Below are positions 30,229 through 41,014 of a DNA stretch of 64,000 nucleotides, one piece after another. The translations under genes and the position numbers were made by a program. The notes below the pieces were generated by a model. The model made no database searches and was not told the DNA's origin. It was given only the letters and a program-made list of their open reading frames with translations. This DNA comes from Oculatellaceae cyanobacterium bins.114. GTDB taxonomy: Bacteria; Cyanobacteriota; Cyanobacteriia; Elainellales; Elainellaceae. The first letter of the stretch is position 1. Every line of letters starts with the position of its first letter. The DNA lies in the NCBI GenBank assembly GCA_033764315.1, contig JANRJA010000187.1:15243-79242 (forward strand), written 5' to 3'.

Positions 30229-30277
30229 GAAAACTATCTGTTGGCGATCGCTCCGTTATACGCTCAAACGAGTTGAG

Positions 30278-31624
30278 TTACGCCACTTCGTGCAACACGT
30301 CAGACAACATCTCAATCAACTGATCAATGTGATGTTTTTCGATAATCAATGGCGGTGAAAGAGCGATGATATCACCCGTTGTGCGAACGAGTAACCCTTT
30401 CTCATAACACCGTAAAAAGGCATCAAAAGCACGAGCCGTTGGCTTTCCAGGAATGGGTTCTAGCTCAATACCGGCCACCAATCCCAAGTTGCGGATGTCG
30501 ATGACATGGGGCAATCCTTTCAGCGAGTGAACGGCATTCTCCCAATAACCCGACATCTCCTGTGCCCGTTGGAACAAGCCCTCTTCTTCATAGATCTCCA
30601 ACGTGGCTAGACCTGCGGCAGACGCAACTGGGTGCCCAGAATAGGTGTAGCCATGAAACAACTCGATTGCATTGTCAGGAGCATTCATAAACGTGTCATA
30701 AATGCCTTGTCGGACAAACACGGCACCCATAGGAATGGTTCCATTCGTAATGCCTTTGGCAACTGCCACCATATCTGGAATGACACCAAAATGCTCAAAC
30801 GCAAAGGAACTGCCAAGCCGCCCAAACCCAGTAATCACCTCATCAAAAATCAACAAGATGCCGTGTTTATCACAAATTTGGCGGAGGCGTTGTAAGTATC
30901 CTTTTGGGGGAACGAGCACCCCGGTTGAGCCTGCAACGGGTTCTACAATCACAGCGGCAATGTTTGAGGCATCATGCAGAGCGACAATCCGTTCCAGTTC
31001 ATCAGCTAAATGAGCACCCCATTCCGGTTGCCCTTTGCTGAAAGCGTTGTGTTCTAGGTTGTGGGTGTGAGGCAGGTGATCAACGCCATTGAGCAAACTG
31101 CCAAAAAACTTGCGGTTAGGACCAATGCCCCCGACTGAGATGCCCCCAAAACCGACCCCATGATAGCCCCGTTCTCGCCCAATCAACCGTTGACGAGTAC
31201 CCTGACCGCGTGCCCGTTGATAGGCGATCGCGATTTTGAGGGCACTGTCCACAGCTTCAGACCCAGAATTGGCAAAGAAAACATGGTTTAAATCTCCGGG
31301 TAACAGCTTGGCTAACCGATCAGCCAACTGAAAAGGCCCCGGATGCCCCATTTGAAACGTAGGAGCAAAGTCAAGCGTTGCGACTTGCTTGTGCACGGCT
31401 TCCACAATTTTGGTGCGACAGTGCCCCGCATTCACACACCACAACCCCGCTGTGCCATCTAAAACCTGTCGCCCATCTTCGGTGGTGTAGTGCATGTCTT
31501 TGGCAGACACGAAAATCCGAGGGTTTGCCTTAAACTGCCGATTTGCCGTGAAGGGCATCCAAAAGGCGTCTAATTCGGGTCGCAGTCCTACGTCAGTTGT
31601 GGGATGGGTCAGTTCTTGCACCAT
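30278..31624 (-). CDS. Class III aminotransferase (omega-amino acid/beta-alanine:pyruvate transaminase type)
   Basis: FWMPFTANRQF, DGTAGLWC, NSGSEAVD, GYHGVGFGGISVGG, FDEVITGFGRLG, AKGITNG. Confidence 0.9.
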   Translation of the reverse strand: MVQELTHPTTDVGLRPELDAFWMPFTANRQFKANPRIFVSAKDMHYTTEDGRQVLDGTAGLWCVNAGHCRTKIVEAVHKQVATLDFAPTFQMGHPGPFQLADRLAKLLPGDLNHVFFANSGSEAVDSALKIAIAYQRARGQGTRQRLIGRERGYHGVGFGGISVGGIGPNRKFFGSLLNGVDHLPHTHNLEHNAFSKGQPEWGAHLADELERIVALHDASNIAAVIVEPVAGSTGVLVPPKGYLQRLRQICDKHGILLIFDEVITGFGRLGSSFAFEHFGVIPDMVAVAKGITNGTIPMGAVFVRQGIYDTFMNAPDNAIELFHGYTYSGHPVASAAGLATLEIYEEEGLFQRAQEMSGYWENAVHSLKGLPHVIDIRNLGLVAGIELEPIPGKPTARAFDAFLRCYEKGLLVRTTGDIIALSPPLIIEKHHIDQLIEMLSDVLHEVA

Positions 31625-31717
31625 AGGTTTAACTTGCTGCTCAGCAGAGTGAATTGTGGATGGATTGGAGACGGCTCAGTTTCAACATTCTAGCCTAGCC
31701 CTCCCTGTCCCATCACA

Positions 31718-33358
31718 TTACCACTCTACCCAGTTCAGCAGGGCATCCCATTGAGTTTCAGCCGTAAAACTAGCAGCAATTTGGTCGTAGTCGCTGAGGG
31801 GGTAATAGCCTCTAGGAGACATGTAGATAGACAACCCACTGGCTCGACCTGGTACAGCCGTAAAGTTTTCTAAAACAACGTCGCTATAGGCATTGAGTAC
31901 TGCTTGGGCGGCGGTGCGAATGGTAGAAGAGATGACCCAACTGTTGACAATATCTGAGAAGAGATTGCCGATATCGATGTAGCTAGGCGCACCGCCCTCT
32001 CCATAGGCGTTGGAGTAGCGATCGCGAGCACGACCAATCCCACTGAGATCAGCACTAGTAGCACTGCCCATCACAGAGCCGACGAATTGGCTCAACGCGT
32101 TGCCCAGGTTGTTAGGGTTGCTGCTACGCAGAGCCGTCAGGTCGATCGCCGACAGCGTTTCAATATTAGAAGGATAGGTTTGAGCGTAAGCACTAACGAT
32201 GCTAGATCCAAATTGAGTGACGGTCATCGTAGGGTTGGCCGACAAATTTTGAAAGACGCGGGTATAGTCCCACCCAGTACCAGGGATATTTTCTTGAGAA
32301 CCCACAAACACAGAGGCTTTGTCACGAATGGCATGGGCAAACTCGACCGTACCCATGAGGCAGGCGTCAGACCCCACCAGATCAATATCGGTCGTGCTCA
32401 AAACACTGTTGAGTTCATTTGTGGTGATGCCGTCATTGGTCAGGTCATCAAAGGACACTTCAAAGCCAGAGCCATGTCCCCATAAAACCAGTGCATAGTT
32501 GTCTGCTTGATACGTGGTAGTGCCCCAGGTGACGAAGTTTTGTAGGGTAGTGGCATCCCCCATGTTGACTTCCCCGATGCTGGTGCCCCAGTTTAAGCCG
32601 GGTGTGCTGCCATAGCTGACCAGCCCTCGACGGGTATCAGTCCAGTTGCCAAAGCGAGCATCATCTTGAGCTGCACCTGAGACAAAGCTGGGGTGATTGG
32701 CAGCAGTGCGATCGAGTTGGACAACAATGTTGACGTTGTTATTGGAACCAACCGCCGCCATTTCTTGAAAATCTTGAATGCTGAACTGTTCCAGGTTGTC
32801 AGCCGACATGTAGACCATCACCGTCCAATCGGCGGGCTCAGTCGGGGTTGGGGGGTTATCGGGGGGTAAGAGGGTGGTGGCTCGGCTTGAGAGACTGAGG
32901 TTGTAATTGGTTCTGCCGTTCTTGGAAAAGACCCGAACAAAGTACGTTCCGGCTTGCAAGTCGCAGTTAATGCGTTCGATCGCAGTGCCACTGCGGTAAG
33001 ATCCGGCGATCGCCACTCCAGCTTGATTCAACAATTGCACATCTGCATCAGCGCGTAACCCTCTCATCGAGACTCGCAAATTTTGAGGATTCGATACCGT
33101 GAAACGGACATAATCGTTGCGATCGCTAGCCATATCGATGGCGTCACGTAAGGTGCGTGTCCCTGCTAGAGCACCAATATTGTGGGCACTCGCCCGCGTG
33201 TTGCCAAAATCACCGATAAGCGATGACCGATGCACCCGGTTGCGTGAGGCACGAGTAACATCAGCATGAAATGGGGTATCACGATCCAATCTAGTCGTGA
33301 CCGATGCATGAGCATTGAGATTAGACCGTTGAAATCGAGGGGCTGACATAAGAATCAC
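31718..33358 (-). CDS. Clostripain-family (C11) cysteine peptidase with N-terminal PPC-like domain
   Basis: WTVMVYMSADN, LVLWGHGSG (His), GSDACLMG (Cys); N-terminal DYVRF..DADVQL..GTYFVRV PPC-like domain. Confidence 0.85.
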   Translation of the reverse strand: MILMSAPRFQRSNLNAHASVTTRLDRDTPFHADVTRASRNRVHRSSLIGDFGNTRASAHNIGALAGTRTLRDAIDMASDRNDYVRFTVSNPQNLRVSMRGLRADADVQLLNQAGVAIAGSYRSGTAIERINCDLQAGTYFVRVFSKNGRTNYNLSLSSRATTLLPPDNPPTPTEPADWTVMVYMSADNLEQFSIQDFQEMAAVGSNNNVNIVVQLDRTAANHPSFVSGAAQDDARFGNWTDTRRGLVSYGSTPGLNWGTSIGEVNMGDATTLQNFVTWGTTTYQADNYALVLWGHGSGFEVSFDDLTNDGITTNELNSVLSTTDIDLVGSDACLMGTVEFAHAIRDKASVFVGSQENIPGTGWDYTRVFQNLSANPTMTVTQFGSSIVSAYAQTYPSNIETLSAIDLTALRSSNPNNLGNALSQFVGSVMGSATSADLSGIGRARDRYSNAYGEGGAPSYIDIGNLFSDIVNSWVISSTIRTAAQAVLNAYSDVVLENFTAVPGRASGLSIYMSPRGYYPLSDYDQIAASFTAETQWDALLNWVEW

Positions 33359-33541
33359 CAGAAAATTGGGGGTTCATCCCTACCTATTTCTGGCATGTTT
33401 GGAGGTATGCAGAACGAGAAGAATTTTGCTGGCTTCAGGACATACAACTTCAGTGCTTGCAAAAAGAGCAATAACATTCAAGACCCAAGCGATCGCCCTC
33501 TTATAACCTGAAACACAGGGTTCAAGTTCATTGAGGTTCAC

Positions 33542-34240
33542 ATGAATGATTTCTTGAAAGGGGCGAGTCACGTCATTGGGGTTGTGGTTGGTTTCTTCCC
33601 AATTGCCATCAGTTTTGGAGCAATCTCAGTACAGGCAGGCATTCCAGCGATCGCCACGGTTGCCATGTCAATGGGGGTGTATGCCGGAGCATCTCAATTT
33701 GCGGCGGCTGAAGCGGTGCGCCAAGGCTTGCCCTGGCTGAGTATTGTCCTGACCATGTTGATCATCAATCTGCGACACATTCCCATGAGCTTGGCAGCAA
33801 CCCAAAAAATTTACACTCGCTTTCCCTGGGGCAAACGCTGGATGTTGGCGCATGGTCTAATCGATGAAACCTTTGCCCTCAGCATGACAGACGAGCCACA
33901 CTCATTTCTCTATTACCTGGGCATGAATCTGAGCTGTTGGACAGCTTGGGTCTTGGGCACCTGGATGGGAGCCGCTGTGGGACTGCAAATCCCAGAACGC
34001 TGGCTGCAATTTGCCCTACCTGCCATGTTTCTCTATCTGCTCACTGAGAATGTCAAGCGACTGTGGGGGCGCGAAGTTCTAATCGTTGTTAGCATCGGCA
34101 TTGCCCTCGTGTTGATGACCCAAAACCTCGGTTCTACAGGTATCTTAGTTGCCATTTTGGGGGTGGCGATCGCGGCCACCCTGTTGCTCAATAAACCCTC
34201 TCCTCCTTACACCCCTGACGCTAAAGAAGGCTCCCTATGA
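33542..34240 (+). CDS. azlC: AzlC family branched-chain amino acid exporter permease
   Basis: YAGASQF, INLRH, LIDETFA, FALPAMF. Confidence 0.9.
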   Translation: MNDFLKGASHVIGVVVGFFPIAISFGAISVQAGIPAIATVAMSMGVYAGASQFAAAEAVRQGLPWLSIVLTMLIINLRHIPMSLAATQKIYTRFPWGKRWMLAHGLIDETFALSMTDEPHSFLYYLGMNLSCWTAWVLGTWMGAAVGLQIPERWLQFALPAMFLYLLTENVKRLWGREVLIVVSIGIALVLMTQNLGSTGILVAILGVAIAATLLLNKPSPPYTPDAKEGSL

Positions 34241-34527
34241 TCTGGTTAATTATCGTATGCGCTGGCATCGGCACTTATCTAATGCGGAGTTCCGGCATCT
34301 GGATCTCTCCTAAATTCTTTCCCACCCGCTGGCTGACCCATCTACCCCTCGCCGTTATTTTGGTCATGACTGTCGGCAGTATTGTCAGTTTTGCAGGCAC
34401 CCCCCAAAGCACTCTGGGTGCGATCGCCGCCACCCTGGTAGTCATTTTCGCCAGCCTCAAAAAACTACCCATCGTCGTTGGCATTGCGATCGGCTGTGTC
34501 GTGTTTGGAGCATTTTCAGGAGAATAG
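34237..34527 (+). CDS. azlD: AzlD family membrane protein
   Basis: Small hydrophobic ORF overlapping the azlC stop (ATGA); GTYLMR motif. Confidence 0.8.
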   Translation: MIWLIIVCAGIGTYLMRSSGIWISPKFFPTRWLTHLPLAVILVMTVGSIVSFAGTPQSTLGAIAATLVVIFASLKKLPIVVGIAIGCVVFGAFSGE

Positions 34528-34574
34528 GAAAACAGAAGAGAGAAAAAAGAAAAAACCTGAATGGACTATTGCTA

Positions 34575-34667
34575 TATAGCAATCCTAATTGGGTTGTGAG
34601 AGTCGCACCCCTCCGGGGTGCGACTCTCACAACCTCCTAATTTCACAAATGATTTAGGACTGCTATA
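34575..34667. mobile_element. 93-bp MITE-like element (family B)
   Basis: TIRs TATAGCAATCCTAA / TTAGGACTGCTATA (13/14); perfect 20-bp stem with 3-nt loop at 34592-34634; TA flanks. Confidence 0.8.
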
Positions 34668-34790
34668 TATCCAGACTTTAATTTACATAATCCCATTCAA
34701 GAACTTGACGCAAGCATCATTTCAGGCAGTAGCAGCCGCCAATTTTGCTCTTTTTCCTCTTCTTTTTTCCCTCTTCTTTTTTCTTTTTTC

Positions 34791-36386
34791 CTAGCTCAAC
34801 CTCACGACAGGTTTATTATCAATCAACGTATCGTTCGCTAGCAGGTCTTCAACAGTAATCCGCAAGAAGCGATCGCCATCGACCCAAAACAACACTTTGA
34901 TGCGATCGCTGCCAGGATAGCCTGGAGGCACTAATTTCGCGATACTGCGAGCTTCGGGAGTGTCATTGAGCGGTTGTACTTGGCTTTTGCCTCCGGTGAT
35001 GCTGCGGGTCACAAGGCGATCGCCCTCAAAATAAACTTCGGTTTGACTGGTTTCTGATCCGAGTTCTCCAATCACCAGTTCAATACTGGGTTGATTGTCA
35101 ATCGAAGCCCCTAACAACAACTCGACGGGTTCGGGCATGGGGTAAGGCTGTCCGGCTTTGATGATGGCATGCCAACCATGACCATTATTGCGGCGATCCC
35201 AATAGCGAATGCCATAGCTGTGATACAAAAAATCTTTCACCTCAACACCCTGATGCAGTTGCAGGGCACCGTGGGCGATCGCCTCAAAGGGACGTTCAAA
35301 GCGAATTTTTTCGGGCGAAAAGTATTGCTCAATCCAGGCTTTCACCGCTGGAATTTGGGCTGTTCCGCCTACCAAAAGCACAGCATCCACATCGGCGGGT
35401 TCTAAGCCCTGTCGCCGAGCTTGTCGCAACACCTGAGTCATCAACTCATCTAATCGGTCAAAAAAATGATGCTCTTGCAAGATCTGTGTGAAGCGATCGC
35501 GATCGAGCGTTAACTCATAACTCTCCAGAGTTTCATCGTTAAAGTAAGCTTCCGTTGCCTCTGTCTGGCTAGAGAGTTGAATCTTGAGCCGCTCTGCCAA
35601 GCGCAGAGTGACAGGAGTTACCGCTAACCCTTGAGTTGCCGCAAAGTAGTCAACCAACCAGTTGTCAATGTCTGCGCCCCCCAAACTTTGTCCAGCTTTG
35701 GCCAACACTCGCGCAATCTTGGGACGCTGCGCCGACGAATCCACACTTTTGTGACCCCATTTGAGAATAAAACCCAGGGGTTTGCTACCTGCCTGAGTAC
35801 TTTGCTCCAGTTGCACCAGCGACAAATCCAGCGTGCCGCCCCCAAAGTCAACCACCAGCAACGTTTTTTCTTGGGCTAAGTTATACCCCAGAGCCGCAGC
35901 AGTGGGTTCGTCAAGCAGTCGAATTTGCTCGATTTGAACCGATTGAGACACCTGAGCCAGCCAGTTGCGATAGACCTCAAAGCTGTCTACAGGAACTGTC
36001 AAGACCAGGGAATCGAGTTGGGGATCGATCGCCTGGAGTTGCTGAATCAAGGTTGTAAGAAACCACTGCCCCACCTGTTCAAAGGTGATAATGCGCCCAT
36101 CCAATTCTGGTAAATACCCTTGAATATCTGTGCCAATGCCCCGTTTAAAGTTCCGAAAGAATCGGGGATCGGTGCTCAGATCAAAGCCGCGATCGCGCAC
36201 AGCTTGACCCAGACACACTTTATCTTGGGTGGCATCGGCAACATATAACAAACTAGGAATCAAAGGCGGATTAGCCGCTAATCGCAGAGACAAATCGGCT
36301 AACGCCACTGTTTCGGGTTGTCCTGTGGCGGCATTCCACCGGGCAATCACCGTATTACTGGTTCCAAAGTCGATCGCATACACCAT
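34791..36386 (-). CDS. Hsp70-family protein (DnaK-like)
   Basis: AIDFGTSNT, LDEPTAAALGY, VVDFGGGTLD, LGGADID, LLVGGTAQIP. Confidence 0.9.
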   Translation of the reverse strand: MVYAIDFGTSNTVIARWNAATGQPETVALADLSLRLAANPPLIPSLLYVADATQDKVCLGQAVRDRGFDLSTDPRFFRNFKRGIGTDIQGYLPELDGRIITFEQVGQWFLTTLIQQLQAIDPQLDSLVLTVPVDSFEVYRNWLAQVSQSVQIEQIRLLDEPTAAALGYNLAQEKTLLVVDFGGGTLDLSLVQLEQSTQAGSKPLGFILKWGHKSVDSSAQRPKIARVLAKAGQSLGGADIDNWLVDYFAATQGLAVTPVTLRLAERLKIQLSSQTEATEAYFNDETLESYELTLDRDRFTQILQEHHFFDRLDELMTQVLRQARRQGLEPADVDAVLLVGGTAQIPAVKAWIEQYFSPEKIRFERPFEAIAHGALQLHQGVEVKDFLYHSYGIRYWDRRNNGHGWHAIIKAGQPYPMPEPVELLLGASIDNQPSIELVIGELGSETSQTEVYFEGDRLVTRSITGGKSQVQPLNDTPEARSIAKLVPPGYPGSDRIKVLFWVDGDRFLRITVEDLLANDTLIDNKPVVRLS

Positions 36387-36425
36387 ACTGATTCAGTCGT
36401 TCTGTACTACTGTCCTGTACGACCC

Positions 36426-38471
36426 CTAAGGTTGAGCAGATCTAGGGCTGAACAAGAGAGAGGTAGCATCGGCGATCGCCCCCTCGACAGCACTACTTCG
36501 CTTCGCATCAACTGATGTGTGGGAGAGAGAGACAGGCTCTAAAATGGACGGATTTTCTTGAAACACCGCCAAATCAAACCAGAAGGTGGTTCCAACTCCA
36601 ACCTCACTGACAAGATGCACTGCGCTGTGATGCTTTTCAACAATATTGCGCACGATTGACAACCCCAACCCCGTTCCTTCTAGCGTGTGAACCCGATTTT
36701 CAACCCGAAAGAAGCGTTCAAAAATCGCCACCTGGTCTTCGGGATCAATGCCAATGCCGGTGTCAGCTACCTCAATTCGCACTAGACCCGACATATAATG
36801 ACTCGTCATCTCAGGCTCTAACACATAGGCCCGAATGGCAACCCGTCCGCCAGCCTGAGTAAATTTCAAGCCATTGCCCACCAGATTGGCAAACACTTGC
36901 AACAGCAAATCATAGTTGCCTAACACCGGAGGCAAATCAGGTTGAATATCTTGAACCAGTTCAATTCCTTTATCTTTGGCATTTAACTGATAGGTTCGCA
37001 GGGTTTGTTCGACCGCCTGAGAGATATAAACCGCATCAAAGCTATAGCGTTTATTTGACTCCAGTCGAGAGAGATCTAAGACATCGTTGACTAAACGGGT
37101 CAGGCGATCGGTTTCTCGATTAGCGGTGTCTAAAAACTCGCGTCGCTCTTCATCACTCAAGTCTTCTCCATATTCGTGCAGCGTTTCGATAAAAGACTTG
37201 ATGTTAAATAGTGGCGTTCGTAACTCGTGCGACACATTACTGATGAACTGGCTTTTGGCTTCGTTTAGCTCTACCTCACGCGTAATATCTTGAACGGTAA
37301 TCGCAATTCCTTTGAGGCTTTCGCGGTACTGATCTAACACCGTTGTCAACAAGATTCGCACTGTGTGATGGATCGGCTCTGGAATCGTAATCCGAAACTC
37401 TGACCACTCTCGTTCTCGCAAGGTTTCAGGAGAGGCTGTTTCAGAGACAATTTCCGTCAGGGGTCGTTTTAACTCTTGTCTAACGGGCACTGGCAAGTGC
37501 TCTAAGACGTGCTCCCCAATCATTGCATCATTACTTTCCCAGCCAAACAACCGACGAGCCGTAGGATTCACCAAAATGACATGCATGTTGGCATCCAGCA
37601 GCACAGCTCCATCAGCGATCGTTGAAACCAGGGTTTCCAGCTTTGCTTTCTCAGCCGTCAGTTCTTCAATGTTTTGCTCTTCATAACTTTCGAGCCGCTC
37701 TGCCATTTCATTGAAGTTGAGAATCAGTTCCCCCAGTTCACCCCCTAATGGCAAATCAATTCGCTGCTTAAAGTTTCCAGCAGCAATATTTTTGACCCCA
37801 AATAATAATTCTTTAATTGGCTTTGTGATCGTCAGGGCATTAAATACAGCTCCTAAAATCACCATGACCCAGATCGATACAAATACGGCGATCGTCACAT
37901 CGCGTGTCAGATGAGAAGACGTGACCACAGTCGGATTGGGATTAGTGCCCAACGCCAACACCCCCAGATATTTGCCCTCCTGCAAGATAGGCACAAACAC
38001 ATCTGTGACCTCTCCATCGGGAGTCAGGTGTTGCCGCACCATCGGGTAATCGATGTTTTCGGCGTAGTTATCAGGGAGTTGAATCCGCCGCCGAATCGTC
38101 AGAGAGTTTTGTACCTCTGACTCTGAGAAGGGAATGCCAAAAAAGATGTTGCCATCTTCATCGGCATAGATCATGTAACGAATGCTAGAGGTGCTGCTGT
38201 AAAAGCGATGGGAAAATCGAGCTAACTCAGTGCGGTTGTTTTCAGCCACTAGAGGAGCCACATTGGCAGCTAATAACAGCCCCAGATCACGCCCAAACCG
38301 GGTGTCGTTCAGTCGGGCGTCTTGCTGAATTGAGTTGACTGCCCAAAACGTCAGACTACTCATCACCAAAGAGACGACGAGCGTTGCAGCCGCCATTAGG
38401 CGAGTCTGGAGTGTGAACTCTGACCACCAACGACGAATGATTGCTCTGAGCTGCGTTAGGAAAGTTAGCAA
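36426..38471 (-). CDS. nblS: Sensor histidine kinase NblS/Hik33
   Basis: WWSEFTLQTRLMAAATLVVS, two TMs, HAMP, PAS, SHELRTPLFNIKS, HATPase; downstream of purD. Confidence 0.95.
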   Translation of the reverse strand: MLTFLTQLRAIIRRWWSEFTLQTRLMAAATLVVSLVMSSLTFWAVNSIQQDARLNDTRFGRDLGLLLAANVAPLVAENNRTELARFSHRFYSSTSSIRYMIYADEDGNIFFGIPFSESEVQNSLTIRRRIQLPDNYAENIDYPMVRQHLTPDGEVTDVFVPILQEGKYLGVLALGTNPNPTVVTSSHLTRDVTIAVFVSIWVMVILGAVFNALTITKPIKELLFGVKNIAAGNFKQRIDLPLGGELGELILNFNEMAERLESYEEQNIEELTAEKAKLETLVSTIADGAVLLDANMHVILVNPTARRLFGWESNDAMIGEHVLEHLPVPVRQELKRPLTEIVSETASPETLREREWSEFRITIPEPIHHTVRILLTTVLDQYRESLKGIAITVQDITREVELNEAKSQFISNVSHELRTPLFNIKSFIETLHEYGEDLSDEERREFLDTANRETDRLTRLVNDVLDLSRLESNKRYSFDAVYISQAVEQTLRTYQLNAKDKGIELVQDIQPDLPPVLGNYDLLLQVFANLVGNGLKFTQAGGRVAIRAYVLEPEMTSHYMSGLVRIEVADTGIGIDPEDQVAIFERFFRVENRVHTLEGTGLGLSIVRNIVEKHHSAVHLVSEVGVGTTFWFDLAVFQENPSILEPVSLSHTSVDAKRSSAVEGAIADATSLLFSPRSAQP

Positions 38472-38617
38472 GGGAAACCCATGATGTATGAGGAAAGGAA
38501 TGAGTCAAAGAGTGGCAATGCGAAGCCGTTTCCCTGGAGGGAGCGATCGGCGAACCGATCACAATACGTTACAGCATGTAACTCTTAATCATAATTCGTT
38601 TTTATTGTTACATATCC

Positions 38618-39898
38618 TTAACTTTGCTGGAGGACTTGATACCCAATATCTCGGCGATAGTACATCGACTCAAATTGGATCAGGCTGATTGCTTCATAAG
38701 CTTGCGCGATCGCCCCCTTAAAGTCCTCGGCGATCGCCGTTACCCCCAATACTCGCCCTCCATCAGTGATCAGTTGATCCGATTTGACCTTTGTACCCGC
38801 GTGAAAAATCACAGCACCAGACGTCTGGGCTGGCTCAAGTCCAGCAATGGGCAATCCCTTTTGATAGGCTCCAGGATATCCCCCTGCCGCCGCAATCACA
38901 CAAGCAGCCACGCCTGCCTTCCACTCTAGCGGAGGTAACTGATCGAGCCGTTGTTGAGCACAGGCCAGCAACACTTGATCGAGGGGTGTCTCTAACAGGG
39001 GCAACACAACTTGAGTTTCTGGATCACCAAAGCGGCAATTAAACTCAATCACTTTCGGGTCGCCCTGCGGGGTAATCATTAACCCGGCATACAACACCCC
39101 CCGATAGTCAATGCCCTGTTGACGCAATGCGGCGATCGCAGGTTCAAGAACATCTCGCTGAATTTGCTCCATTAACGCTGGTGTCATGAGAGGTGCCGGA
39201 GCATAGGCTCCCATGCCCCCGGTATTGGCTCCCGTATCTCCATCACCAATGCGCTTATGATCTTGAGCCGGAAGCAAAGGACGAATGCTGATGCCATCTG
39301 TGACGGCTAAGACAGAGGCTTCTTGTCCGACCAGGCACTCCTCAATCAAGACTCGTTTACCGGCTTCCCCAAATTCTCCAGCAAAGGCCGATTCTACTGC
39401 CGCCTGCGCCTCATCCAATGTGGCAGCGACTGTGACACCCTTACCTGCGGCTAAGCCATCGGCTTTGATCACAATCGGGGTAGGTTGAGTTTTGAGATAG
39501 GCGATCGCGGCTACCGCTGAGTCAAACGCAGTTGCCTGAGCAGTGGGAATTCCTGCCACTTGCATCAGGTTTTTTGCCCAAGCCTTGCTGGACTCAATTT
39601 GGGCACCTGCCTGCGTTGGCCCAAACACCGTCAATCCTTGCCCGTGTAAATAGTCTGTGATGCCTGCCGCCAGCGGCACCTCTGGACCAACCACAATCAA
39701 CCCAATATTGTTCACCAGAGCAAAACGCCCAATGCCCTCAAAATCAGTCACCGACAATGCCAAATTATGACATCCCGGCAAGGTTGCTGTGCCACCATTT
39801 CCAGGTACGCAAATGACCTCTTGTACCCGCGATGACTGCAACAGCTTCCAGGCAAGAGCATGTTCACGTCCCCCGTTACCAACCACCAAAACCTTCAC
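38618..39898 (-). CDS. purD: Phosphoribosylamine-glycine ligase
   Basis: GNGGREHAL, KADGLAAGKGV, QDHKRIGDGDTGANTGGMGAY, EFNCRFGDPETQ. Confidence 0.97.
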   Translation of the reverse strand: MKVLVVGNGGREHALAWKLLQSSRVQEVICVPGNGGTATLPGCHNLALSVTDFEGIGRFALVNNIGLIVVGPEVPLAAGITDYLHGQGLTVFGPTQAGAQIESSKAWAKNLMQVAGIPTAQATAFDSAVAAIAYLKTQPTPIVIKADGLAAGKGVTVAATLDEAQAAVESAFAGEFGEAGKRVLIEECLVGQEASVLAVTDGISIRPLLPAQDHKRIGDGDTGANTGGMGAYAPAPLMTPALMEQIQRDVLEPAIAALRQQGIDYRGVLYAGLMITPQGDPKVIEFNCRFGDPETQVVLPLLETPLDQVLLACAQQRLDQLPPLEWKAGVAACVIAAAGGYPGAYQKGLPIAGLEPAQTSGAVIFHAGTKVKSDQLITDGGRVLGVTAIAEDFKGAIAQAYEAISLIQFESMYYRRDIGYQVLQQS

Positions 39899-40070
39899 GC
39901 CACTATCACCTTTCGAGATAACTCAGACTCTAAAAAAGCACTTCATTATCTCATGGAGATAGGGATTCATTAGAGTACAAATTGTAGATTCCTCTCATTA
40001 TTTGAGAGGCTCCTGGTGAGATAGCTGGGAATGTCAATAACCTCTCCTTCGAGGTAATTACCATTCTGGC

Positions 40071-40655
40071 TCAAGCCTTGACCTTGACGTGCATCTGACC
40101 GAGCGGCGGACGTCTTGCCATGCGAACGGTTTGGGGCAATACACCAACTAACATGGCAAATGATTCGTCTGGCAACCCAGCGATCGTATTGGCATCAAAA
40201 TAGTTTTCAAACTGATTGAGAATCATCTGTGCCCGTTGCAGTGGCACCGAGTTATCGGTGAATTGTTGCGTTAACCGAATCCACTGTCGCCGAATGAGAT
40301 AAGCTTTTTGCCGTTCTTCATGCGAGTCAGGCACCAGCAATGATAAGTTGCCGACTGGAATCACCTGCTGACAATCTTCATCAAAGAAACCACCGACCGC
40401 TGCTCCAGGGCCTGCAAATTCTGCATGAAACTGTTTATATAAAATCAACCCATTGCGGCGTCTGCTGTTGACCATCAACAAACGTCCACTACGGAGGTGT
40501 TTCAAAATCTCATCTGAACTGGAGCACTCAATCATGGGTGAAAGGCAGCCATGCAACTGCTGAAGGCGGAATGGGGGTTTGGGGCGTTTTAAGGTGTCTC
40601 GGCGCGATCGCTCTACTATCGCTCTACTGGAGATTGACGACGAGTTAACAACCAT
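40071..40655 (-). CDS. Hypothetical protein, degenerate CRP/FNR-like fold with C-terminal HTH-like motif
   Basis: HAEFAGPGAAVGG beta region, long helix, PLQRAQMIL, LPDESFAMLVGVLPQTVRMAR; start uncertain (ORF extends to 40703). Confidence 0.6.
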   Translation of the reverse strand: MVVNSSSISSRAIVERSRRDTLKRPKPPFRLQQLHGCLSPMIECSSSDEILKHLRSGRLLMVNSRRRNGLILYKQFHAEFAGPGAAVGGFFDEDCQQVIPVGNLSLLVPDSHEERQKAYLIRRQWIRLTQQFTDNSVPLQRAQMILNQFENYFDANTIAGLPDESFAMLVGVLPQTVRMARRPPLGQMHVKVKA

Positions 40656-40832
40656 CAGTGAGAGCAAATCAAAATTGAGACTCAAAACGAGCAGATTAAC
40701 CAATACAAGCTTACCGAACTCTCATCCGGGTCTAACTGAAATTCAAAAGTTTTACACTTCCTTTACAAACCCTTCAAAGGGTCTTTTGGTAAACCTTTGA
40801 GCTATCCTGGCTGATTTTGTGACCATTAAAGT

Positions 40833-40938
40833 CGTGATTTAGATCACTCTAACACCTGGTTTAAATCACGTCTGATCAGCGAGATCAATCACCTAAAGCG
40901 TTGAGCATAATCACTCAATACCAGGGCATTCGATCACT
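40833..40938. promoter_or_regulatory. Phased array of five CRP-box-like motifs
   Basis: ATCAC at 40843, 40865, 40888, 40910, 40933 (spacing 22,23,22,23); first site CGTGA-TTTAGA-TCACT. Confidence 0.6.
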
Positions 40939-41014
40939 TCAATAAATTGGGGCAGAGGTGATGATAAATAGCATTGGAGTTCCTTAAATCGTTTATTTCT
41001 CTCTGCCTGCCAAT

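Noticed and set aside
40833..40938. Mini-CRISPR interpretation of the periodic motif
   Set aside because: Conserved part is only about 5 nt with a 22-23 bp period, far from CRISPR repeat/spacer sizes; no cas genes
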